A stretch of 64,000 bases of DNA, from assembly GCA_964658305.1 (NCBI GenBank), contig OZ210885.1, positions 15,066,001 through 15,130,000 of the forward strand, given 5' to 3'. The notes below the pieces were generated by a model, which ran no database searches, was not told where the DNA came from, and saw only the letters and a program-made list of their open reading frames with translations. The DNA comes from Leptogorgia sarmentosa (taxonomy: Eukaryota). Shown here piece by piece: positions 53,257-64,000 of the stretch. Within the stretch, counting starts at the first letter, position 1, and every line of letters starts with the position of its first letter. Position numbers and translations under genes: made by a program.

Positions 53257-53574
53257 TATGCATTTTGATATAATATATCTCTATATGAAGATATGAAGGC
53301 AATACTACTGAAATGTTTTATGGTAAATCTTCATAGCAGATTGGGATGATCTACAACCTGGCTGGCTCTCACCAATACTTGTGGATGTTGAAACAAGGAT
53401 TGCTGAATGCCAGCTATTTCAAGCCTTGCATGTAGTCTAAGAATTGCTTTAATCACAGTCTAACAGAAATGGCAAATATTAGTAGCAGCAAGATATTAAA
53501 CACTATCATATGTACAGTAGTCATTTCTTTCGTTTCCTGACTGGCTCGTTACTAACTTCCTGCCACTTCTTCTC

Positions 53575-53711
53575 AAATCTTCGCGAGCTTTTCTCTTCGC
53601 TACCTTTGTCAGTTCTGACTCATCCACGCGAACACTCGGTATCTTGAACAAAGAAAGCCCATGCTTTCTGCTCGTCGGGCAGCCAAAAAACGCGCAATTT
53701 TGGCCAGGCAT
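53575..53711 (-). pseudogene. THAP domain remnant (P transposase N-terminus)
   Basis: MPGQNCAFFGC...LSLFKIP. Confidence 0.75.
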
Positions 53712-55497
53712 TCACAACTGTTAACTAGTGTGGCCTACATTGCTTTTAAAACTTAAAGTATTTCAAGAATCGAACTGGAAATCGAACTCCAAGCACTACA
53801 GAGAGTGAAATTACAATGGTGTCAAGTAGCGCTAAATATGCGCGATGCAGCTACCGCATCACGTGACATGAAATATGAGTGAACAATAGCATAATTTGTC
53901 ACGTGGTACACTAGCCCAACCATCTCCTTCTATTAACCGTGGTACCATACATAGGAATGCAAAGTGGTAACTTATTTATTTGTCCTGTGTCTGCAAAGAT
54001 GCACTGAATAGACCGGGCCTGATATCTTCACTAAATAGTGAGACAATCTTATTACAACTTTCAGGCAGGGTGGGTGTGACCTATCAGGTATAAAGTGATA
54101 TCGCCTTTGATTACAAATCAGATAAAGCCTAAGAGTCTCCCTTTGATAGCATTAGATATGATAATATGGCATTAAATATAGTAGGGCATATTTCTGTTTT
54201 AATAATGGTAACAAATATTAACAAGACATGCCATGGGGGATATTAATAATTCTGCTTGGGGTGCATTTAAACCCATTATTCTCAAGGGACTATCGTCTAT
54301 CTTGGCTAACATAGTCCAGTAAATGTAAGAGTAAAATACTTAATGAATAGTAATAAATACTAAATAAAAATTCATGTGCTTCTTGGGTTTGTGCAAATGT
54401 CATTCATCGACGCCTTGACATTTAATTATAAATACACTACATTTGTTTACTACATACCCTTTTTGTTGTTCTCTCTATATCTTTATCGACTTGTTTTAGG
54501 TCATTTCTTAACTGAACAATCGTAGCATTTTTTGCAACACAATCTTCTCTCAACTTTTTTCGTTCTTGAGCCAATTCGCCAAGAGGAAACCGATCTTTCG
54601 CGGCAGATTTTTTAAAACTCATCAGTCTGCCAATTTGTCTCCACAAAGTTCTCATTACAAAGACATGTTTTAAAGCAGAAAGTCCTTGATTATCAATAAC
54701 AGCCATAATTAAAATTTCTATGGTTTTGAAATTCTCAAAAGTCTCATGATCACTGCAGTAAAGCTTTGAAATGGGTCCAAAATCTTACACCATTTGCCGT
54801 GTAATGGCAGTTACTTCTTTGCAAAACCACGGTATAATTAGGGATAAAAGGGATTGGCCTCATAAACAAACCCTCAAAAACAAAGAGTGACCCTAGGTAG
54901 TCCTCAAAAACTCATTTATTCCTATAATATACTTAGTGTATCCACTGTATATTTCAAGCAAATGAATTAGCATGATATTTTAGACTAGACAGTTCTGGGC
55001 GCCATCTTGATTTTTTTTGCCGGACAGGCAAAAGGTCGCAATCGTGGCATTTACAGCCCGCCGTGACATTATTTAAGTACAGGAGGGTTAACATGAGATG
55101 CGCACGCACCACCACGAGATCAGTCTTAAAAGAACCATTTTGGGTTGACCAACCCTTATACAAACGGTGTACAAAAATGAAAAACAAATAATACAATTTG
55201 ACATGGTAAAGCCCCAAATACACCTGCCACAAAGGGCGGGAGGGAGCATATGGGCATGTTAACCCTCCTGTACTTAAATAATGTGGTAGAATTTCAATCA
55301 AACTTCAACTTCCAGGTAAGTCTCGTTTAATTTTCCAATTCTACCACATCATTACGTACTTCCGGGTTAACATGAGATTTTAAAGCTGGAAACACAAAAT
55401 GGTACAAATAAACAACCAGCGGTGCGATAAAGAATGTTTATAAATGGACAACAATCACAAATTACAGCCCCAGTCACACCATGAATGTAAATATGAA

Positions 55498-56520
55498 CTA
55501 ATCTAATACCGCGACACTTATTTGATCTGTGATAGCCACAGGCTTCTTATAGAATCGCCGAAAAGTACACTCCTCTGCCCAACCTGCAGTTTTCAAAATA
55601 ACATCCGCTGGAACCGATGTAGCGGCCTTGCTGGTTGCCGCACACCGAGTACTGTGAGCAGAAAACAATTGTGTATCGATACCGGCTCTCTGTAACACGC
55701 CCTTAAGCCACCGCCCCATGGTACTAGACGTGACGGCACCATACGGCTTTATATATGACACAAACAGTCTTGTAGATGTTCTTAGAGGCGCAGTAAATGT
55801 CAAGTAATAGTCAAGGGTTTCATACACACACAGCTCAGGTACTGTATACTTATAAAGACGGAGATTACCAAACACTTTACCGGGACGATTTTGTTTCACG
55901 TAATCCATTAATGTGAAGTCATAACAACTGTCCGTTTTGGCCATACGATCCGAGGAAATATCTAACAGCGTGAGCGTTTGACATCGTTGGCCTGTCGTAA
56001 GGGCAATTAGCATAGCTAACTTCCACGTAAGTTCCTTCCTGACGAGTCGTGCCAACGGCCATAACTCCCGCAAATAATCAAGAACCTTTTCCACTGGCCA
56101 AATCGTAGTATATCGCGGTACAGGCTTTCAGTGGTTGAACACTCCACGAAGATACCGACACACTAAAGGATGTTGTCCCACTGGCGGCCCATTAACAGTC
56201 AACATCGAGTGAATGTCAAGATTAGAAATGGCTGAGCATGCTGTATTGAGAGCTGAGTAACTCAACCCCTGCTCAAATAATCTTTGAAGAAACTCCAAAA
56301 CACAAGTCAGAGTGGGACGCAAGGGATCAACCTTCCGTTCACCGCAAACGTTCGCCCATTTGTTAATGTATGTGCTGTACTGCTTATGCGTTGATGGTCT
56401 CCAAGAGAGCATGACGACATCAGCAACGTTTGTTGGAATGCCAGACTCCTGGAGGAGTCCCCTGACACTTTGCAAACCAGCAGACTCAGCTGGTTGTGTA
56501 GTGGATGAGCCTTCACCAAT
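55498..56520 (-). pseudogene. DIRS tyrosine recombinase (one internal stop)
   Basis: TGQRCQTL, KQNRPG, SAHSTRCAATS, AGW, TFRRFY. Confidence 0.9.
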
Positions 56521-59411
56521 GCTGGATGAACCAAATTGTCCGGGTTGGCTTTCAGAACACGAGGAACGTCCGTTAAGAGATGAAGGACCGAGGAAAACAT
56601 TGGCTGAGTTGGCCACAAAGGAATCACTAAGACGCCCGAGGCTTTCTCCTGGGTTATCCTGTGAACACATCTAGATAGAAGGCAAAACGGAGGAAATGCA
56701 TAAAAGAAAAACACTGACCAATCGACCGTAAACGCATCGACATATCTCGCCACAGGATCTGGTTTCCATGACGCGTAATTCTCAATTTGAGCATTAAGAC
56801 GACTAGCGAACGGATCGATATCTGGCTGACCAAATAGGCCGACAACCTTATTAAAAGCGCTACACGATAACATTCATTCCAGATCTAAATTCAAATCACG
56901 TGACAAGGCATCCGCACTGATGTTACTTACACCAGGAATATGAGCCGCTGAGAGCCAAATATTGCGTGCAATTGCGCACTCCCAAATATCGTGTGCAAGA
57001 ACATTGCATTCCAGGGACTTACAACCACCCATGGCCATAATGTACGTTACAGCTGTTGTGTTGTCACACATAATTCGAACGTGGCAGTTACGGGTTAGTA
57101 GTAACAAAGATGACAAGGCAAGCTTAACAGCTAACAATTCTAACACATTAATGTGCTGGGTGGCCTCTGATGCGGACCAAATACCGGAGGTCTGCTCACC
57201 TCGAGACGTTGTAGCCCCCCAGCCGACCCCTGAAGCATCGGTGTAAAGAACAACATCAGGCTGAGTATGGTGGATGTCTTTTTTAGCTGACTGAATGTTC
57301 TTTGACCACCACCGAACCTCCGCAAGACTGACAGGTGACAAAATCATTTTAGTATAAAAATTCCCAGCATTATGTTTAAGGGCACGGTCCTTATCAGACT
57401 CTAAGTTGCGATAATACAAGGGACCAAACTCCACCCCAGGAAAGGATGACACAAGTTTGCCTATAAAAGATGCCACCTCACGAATGGTAAACTGCTTGTC
57501 AGGGTGTGAAAAGGTGTGGCACTGAGTAAGGAGTTTATCCCTCTTTCTGGGCGTAAGGCGTACTGTCATGCTAGCCGAATCAATAACAAACCCTAGATAT
57601 TCTATTGTTTGGGAAGGCAACATACGAGACTTTTCCTGGTTAACATGTAGCCCCAATTTCGATAAGAGCTCGACCACATGCAAGGTAGCTTCCGCACATT
57701 CGACATCAGACTGGCCTATATAGAGAGAGTCATCAATATAAGACAGACAAATATGGCCAAACTTACTGCGCAGAGTAGCAAAAATGGGCTTCATAAGTTT
57801 AGTGAAAATTCTAGGGCTACTAGTGAGCCCCATAGGTAAACAGGTAAAACAATACAGCTGATCTTTCCACATAAATTTGAGATACTTCTGATGCTCAGTC
57901 GCTATGGGAATGGAATAATAAGCATCTTTTAAGTCAATAGAAGACATGAAACAAAATGGGTTCACCAGCTTGATCGCAGTTTCAAGACTGTCCAATTTGG
58001 AATGATAATACGACACAGAGTGATTTAGCTTTTTAAGGTTAAATATAACTCTATACGAACCATCCTTTTTTGGAGTGACGAATATAGGTGACAAGATGTC
58101 CTCAGGCTCTGGAGTGGACTGCGTGATTACGCCCTTATTAAGGAATTTTCCTATCTCCTGGTCAATAATCTGGCATTCAGCAGAAGAAAAGGTACTAGCC
58201 GGCCGGGTGCTACTAATAAACGGCTCAGGCACATGATCAAATTCAATATGACAGTTAGATACCGCATCCAAAACAAATGGATCGGTAGTAATTTCTGTCC
58301 ATGCATGGACATGTTTTCGAATGCTTCCTGCTATAAAGGCAGGTTGATTAGAGACAATCTCCACACATGATTGGTATAACTGACTCACCTGATCAGAACT
58401 GCTTGAACTTAAACCTTTGACTTCTGGGATCTGCTGAAAGACGGCGGTCGTGGTTTCCCCCCGACTTCCGCCTAAAAAAGGACGTTGTGGCCTCGAACCG
58501 TGCACACTCCGTTCTTGCGACCCAAACCGACTTTGCACCCTGGACACACATGGCCTATAAGGCTCAAACCGTTGTTTTGAATGGACCTTACCACTCAATC
58601 TGTTAGACTTCGTTAGGTCTTCGACTTCTTTATTAAAATCATCACCAAACAAGCAAGTGGAAATAGCAGTGGAGGGGTTGCAGAGGGCAACATACTGCTT
58701 ATTTAGGTCAGGGCGAAGGAGCTCTCGACGCTTGAGATTTATTTCTCGGTTAGCAGATAGTAAGAGCACGATTGCATGGATGACAGCATCCATAGGTTTG
58801 CCTTGCAACTCATTACACGTATGCAAAATGGCATAAATACCAGAAATCAACAGCCCTTGGGACTTTTGCAAAGCTGAGTCAGAGTTTTTCGTCTCTTGCC
58901 GGAGTTGTTGCCAAACTTGCTTATTAACTCGAGGCGGTATAAGGAAGGAACAGTTCTCAGGTCTAAGGTACTTTTCTTGAAGCTGTGCCAAATTGTCTTT
59001 TGGCAAGTTATCGTTGATCAGTCCATTAACCAGCTCAGCCAAATCGCTATTTAAGGCACTTGATGTTTGTTCCACCGGGGTAAACTCTTTGACCAACGAT
59101 TTTAACCCCGTTCGGCCTTCGGCTGATCCACGAGAGCTCAAGGCATCGACTTTATCTGCCAGCGAAGCCCGAGATTCAATATCACTCCCGGCGTCAGATG
59201 TTTGAGGCAACATAGCTTCCCCCAGGGTAGTTTCGAGCTGCGAGGTTTGGCACAAGTGAGCATCCTCGTTGGTACCAGATCCACCATCTGCAACAACTTC
59301 GAAATCTGCGTAGACGCGGTTAATGGACGTTTTAACGTGAGACAGAATCTCATTTTTTGCGTCAGAGAGCAGACTCGTAAACATTGACTTTAATTGACCC
59401 ATAGACGACAA
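56307..59411 (-). pseudogene. DIRS gag plus RT/RNase H (845-aa ORF) followed by an MT-like domain after a stop at 56874-56876
   Basis: RPENC, PRVNKQVW, LFGDD, DLKDAYY, YIDD, TDASGVGWG, ADALSR, ID.FASRLN, YAFPPF. Confidence 0.92.
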
Positions 59412-59878
59412 CTCATCAGCAGGCGTGAGATTCAGCCATAGATGAAAATGCTATGTGATCGATATCTTAATAGACTTCGTGCTTCAATTCTTAATCTTGC
59501 ACGCACCTGTAATGGGACACAAGCAGAACAAGAACGGTATAACTCATTATACCGTGAGCAATGTGTAATAGCAATACAAGGCAGAGACACGTCTCCTGCC
59601 CAGACACAACACTCAAGGTGTAATTTATAACAATTTGTGTACTCAGCGACATGTCGCCGAAACGTTTATGTAAAAGTGTAACACGACTATCACGTTACAC
59701 CCAGAGAAATAACGTCGAGTCAAATCTAACCAAGATAAATCTCCGAGTAGAAAGTAAGATTTGAACGAACGAAAGAAAAACGTGACCGATCTCATGGCGT
59801 AGGTGAATTGCACTGATCTCGTGGTGGTGCGTGCGCATCTCATGTTAACCCGGAAGTACATAATGATGTGGTAGAATT

Positions 59879-62800
59879 GTCTGGTTGTTGAATAAAGAAA
59901 ATTCGTATCGAAAATGTTGAGAATACATCGGACCAAACTGGTAGCAGGAAGTGGTTATAGCAGTCGTATAGATGAGCATCGAAAGACAATTTGAACAACG
60001 GTCTGCAGAGATATGATTAGCGGCAGACGTTCAAGAATTGATCGAAGCCGGCGGCGATGAAGAGAAAACCGATGAGGCGAATGAGCACCTCGACATACTT
60101 AGATTTCGGAAAGCAAGGGCCAAAACGGATTTTACTAAAACGAGAAATAAGTTACTAAGTTTGCTCGACGAGGAAGAATGTCCCAGTCAAAGACAGATAA
60201 GAGAAATACGACAGAAATTGAGCGATAAACAAGAACAAGCTATAGTGATTATCGAAGCATTAGCAACCGAGTACTCAAGCAGATCGGACAGAAAAGCGTT
60301 AAGGAAAGTTACAGAAGAGATAGAGACACTTGAAGCCGAGTTTAAAGGTGCTCAAGATCGTGTTCAAGTATATTTAGATAATACATTGGACGATTCGTCA
60401 AGTTGTACTTCGCAAAGAGGCGCGGGGAAAATCGTTGATTCAAAAGTTAGGAATCTCACGCAAGACCATCGGGAACAATTAGTGCAAGATGGACAAAAGA
60501 CTTTGTTATTTCAAGAACCTACGAGTCTCGAGCAGTTGCAAAGCACACCATATAAAAGGTCAGACACGAAAGAGTCAACAAAAGTGGAGACAATTAAAGT
60601 GAGTTTCTATACCGGTATTCTCGGGTGATAAATATAACTATGAGAATTGGAAAGCGACATTCACGGCGTGTATTGACCAAGCACCAGCAAGTTCAGAGTA
60701 TAAACTTTTACAACTTCGACAATATTTATCGGGGGAAGCATTGAGAACAGTGGAGAAATTGGGCCATTCTGCGCGGGCGTACAAGGCAGCTAAAGAGAGA
60801 TTGGAGAGAAAGCATGGGGGTACAAGGCGACGGGTTGCATTGTATTTGGAAGAGCTTGAAAATTTCAAAGCAATTCGTCCAGGAAATGCAAAAGATTTAG
60901 AAGAGTTTGTCGATCTTTTGGATGTAGCTGTAATTAATTTGCAAGAAGCTGGCAGAGATGTGGAGCTGAGGAACGGATCTTTATATCTTAAGCTGCAGAA
61001 AAAGTTGACAGAGCAAATGATTTCCCAATACTGCCGGTGGTTGTTTGAAAAAAAGAAAGATGAGTCGGTGCTATCGCTGAGAGAGTGGGTAATTCAAGAG
61101 TCGGAGTTTCAAACTATAGCAACAGAAACATTCCATGGCTTAAGTTTGAGCAGCACCAAAAAGTCGAGGCATAGGGACGGTGGTAGAACTTATTTTAATA
61201 GAAACAGCGTTCCAAAATGTAATTTGTGCAGCGGACAACATCCAATCTGGAGATGTATTCAGTTTAAGAAAATGTCAGTCTCGGAACGATGGAAGTCTGC
61301 AAAACAACTTCGTCTTTGCTATCGATGTTTGGGCAAAAGTCATATGGACAATGAATGTACCAATAGTAGATGTTGTAGTGTTGATGGTTGTTTAAAGACC
61401 CATAATAGACTATTACATGGATATCAGTTCACTGCAGATAGGAAAGGCAATGAAAATCGACAACCAATTTATCAAGGAATTCGAACAAGCGTTTCCACTC
61501 AAACTCCTATCACAGAAGGGGAGGCAATGGCGGGAGCTGAAAGATCTCTAACTACACGAGACGAATCTAAGACATCACAATGGCAAGAATTCCTTGCAAT
61601 GCGAACAGTTCCAGTTATACTGGTAAACGGAAACCGTCGAATTAAAGTAAATGCCTTATTAGATGACGCCAGTACAAAGACGTACATCAATGCGGATGTA
61701 GCAGCTGAACTGGGATTGCAAGGTAGTTTTCAGAAGACCAATGTTAATGTTTTGAATGGTCAAATAGAAACTTTCTTGACAATGCCTGTGGAGTTCGAAC
61801 TGGAAAGCCTGGATGGGAAAGTCAACGCAAAGATCGCAGCGTACACAACGGAGAAAGTAACGGGTGATATGAAAGTGGTTAATTGGAATCAACACGCTAC
61901 AAAGTGGAACCATCTTAAGAACATTCAGTTTCCTGTTATCGCATCAAAGCCTTTGGTCGACATTCTCATTGGGCTTGATTACGCAGATCTTCACTGCCGA
62001 GTGTAAAAACTCTTGGATTGAAATGGTTAGCTGATGAAGATTCGTTTACTTTTGAAGAACAATTTCTTAAGGACGACCTTCCACCCACCAAACGAAATTT
62101 TCTTAAGAGCATGGCAGCTCTTTTCGATCCCATGGGTTTCCTAGCACCTTTCATAATCCAAGCTAAAATCATTCTTCAAGAGATATGGACACGGGGACTT
62201 GACTGGGATGATGAAATCGTAGATAATGATATCCTCACGAAAGCTGAAATTTGGATAAAGCAGCTGCAGTACTTAACTGATATCAAAGTGCCAAGGTGCA
62301 TGCGGCTGGAGAATGAAGGTAGAGTCTTTTCGATTACCTTACACACGTTTGTTGATGCATCCCAAGAAGCCTATGGTGCCGTAGTCTATGCGAAGGTCGT
62401 TTATGACAGTGGAAAGCAATCATGTCGTCTGATAGCTGCGAAAACAAAAGTTGCACCACTCAAGACAATGAGTATCCCTCGCTTGGAGTTAATGGCCGCG
62501 GTATTGGGAACCAGAATGACGAATTCTATCATAAATATTCTTTCTATTGGTCAGATAGTATGAATGTGCTGTGGTGGATTCGCAATCCCAGTCGAAAATT
62601 TAAAGTATTTGTTGCGAATCTAGTTGGAGAAATTCAAACATTAACAATCCCAACCAATGGCGACACATACCATCCGAGAAGAATTCTGCGGATCTGCTTA
62701 CAAGGGGCGTAAATCTTTCTTCGTTGATATCTATCAATTTCTGGTGGTACGGCCCTGAATTTTTGACACAAGTGGAGTCTACGTGGCCGATCGACCCAAT

Positions 62801-64000
62801 AGAAGTTCAAGCGAGCACAAACGAAGAAAGAAAGAATTATCACAAGCAAGAAACAAGAGACTGGAAAAAAGAGTCTAGTGATACCAAGGCGCATCAGAAA
62901 GAACAATGACTGCTGTAAATACAACTAGCAGTACACAATCTTGGTGTTTAAAACCAACCCGGTTTTCCTCCTGGAAACGAATGATTCGAATCCGAGCATG
63001 GGTTTATCGCTTTATAATCAACTGTAGAAATGTTGATAATCGCATTCACGGAGAACTGAACCCTGATGAAATCAGAGAAGCGGAGAATGCAACAATAGCA
63101 GAGGCTCAAGGAGAATCATTTCCTTTGGAATTACGTTCTCTTAAAAGTGGAGAGGAACTACCAAAAAACAGTAAGCTACTTGATCTGCGTCCAGGTTTAC
63201 ACGAAGATGGGTTGATAAGATCGAACGGACGTCTAAAATATGCTGAATTCCTCCCTTTTGACGTCCGTTTCCCTATTATTCTACCAAGAAAACACTGGGT
63301 CACAAAATTATTGGTAAAATATTTCCATGAAAAGGGTCACCATATTGGTGGTACTAACCAGACACTGGCTGATATCTCCTCGCGATTCTGGATTATATCT
63401 GGACGTGAAGAAGTGCGCGACTGGGAAAAGGAATGCTCTGTATGTAGACAGAGAAACGCGAAAGCAGGGACTCTCAAATAATGGCACCACTTCGAAATAT
63501 CCGCTTAAAGACTCCAATGAAAGCGTTTTGTTACACGATATTATGCAGGTCCATTCTACACGGTACAAGGAAGAGGAAAACATCAACAAAAACGCTACCT
63601 TTGTCTTTTCACTTGCTTATCTTGCAGGGCAGTTCATCTTGAGATGGCCTTTTCCATGGACACCGATTCATTTCTTAACGCGTTTTTTCGAATGGCCAAT
63701 CGACGGGGATTACGCGAAGAGATTATATCAGATAACGGGACTAATTTTATTGGAGCAGACAAAGAATTGCGACAGTTAGTAGAACGATTAGACAAGAATA
63801 CGATTATATCACCGACAGCGAGTAAAGCAGTAAAATGGAAATTTAACCCACCTCATGTGCCACATTTTGGTGGAATATTTGAATCAATGATTAAATCCGC
63901 AAAGAAAGCGATTTATGCGATACTTGGATCTGCAGATATTACAGATGAAGAATTATTATCAGCCTTCACTGGTGCGGAAGCGCTTATCAATTCACGCCCA
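59879..64000 (+). mobile_element. BEL/Pao retrotransposon (5' LTR split; other part ~47168-47242), RT deleted, runs off the window
   Basis: AATAAA near 59891; PBS tggtagcaggaagtggtt at 59939; triple CCHC; LLDDAS; jump from DYADLHC to LGLKW near 62000; IPRLEL; SDNGTNF. Confidence 0.9.

Larger units (their letters stand above)
51227..53941. mobile_element. P-superfamily element, transposase deleted, inserted in an intron of the Chapaev-like gene
   Basis: 31-bp perfect TIR cacggttaatagaaggagatggttgggctag; 7-bp TSD GTACCAT; THAP remnant. Confidence 0.85.
47298..55065 (-). mobile_element. Chapaev/Transib-related DNA transposon with CAC termini
   Basis: 11-bp TIR CACGGCGGGCT at both ends; 3-bp TSD ACA; removing it restores the DIRS ITR as read in the ICR. 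Confidence 0.85.
47239..59878 (-). mobile_element. DIRS1-like retrotransposon with both ITRs and ICR; right ITR split by a 7.8-kb insertion
   Basis: Left ITR ends at 59878; ICR ~55255-55378; right ITR in two pieces (55066-55123 and 47239-47297); AATT at both junctions. Confidence 0.92.

Noticed and set aside
56461..58388. Gag-YR splice in the third DIRS (CAG|GTGAGT to gtgtcag|)
   Set aside because: Phase is incompatible in the open frame and the alternative frames stop before the donor.
13..63779. Numerous 60-130-aa ORFs in the track
   Set aside because: Antisense or alternate-frame shadows of TE coding regions, or chance ORFs without motifs.

Overview
Eukaryotic (animal, probably cnidarian-like; taxon is inference) DNA consisting almost entirely of nested, mostly decayed transposable elements. 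No intact host gene is evident. It holds three tyrosine-recombinase (DIRS-type) retrotransposons (~864-6386 +, 14376-20210 +, 47239-59878 -), a complete Mag-type Gypsy LTR element (30310-34911), three BEL/Pao copies, a 5'-truncated CRE-like non-LTR element, and hAT, Tc1/mariner, MULE, Kolobok-like, P-like and Chapaev/Transib-like DNA transposons, many with recoverable TIRs and TSDs. Highlights: (1) the first YR retroelement appears to use one short 5' exon with a phase-0 donor that splices in frame to three separate acceptors in front of gag, pol and the recombinase; (2) its 1.6-kb first intron carries a ~43-nt-period array of a conserved GGTTGNGGCCAATTT core separated by unrelated spacers, and a folded RNA lies between gag and pol; (3) a 7.8-kb CAC-ended Chapaev/RAG1-like transposon carries an intact unknown convergent ORF, within a four-level nest (P in Chapaev-like in DIRS in BEL LTR); (4) a ParB/Srx-like exon and a compact intronless DBF4-like pseudogene. 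All calls come from reading motifs by eye, with no database searches.
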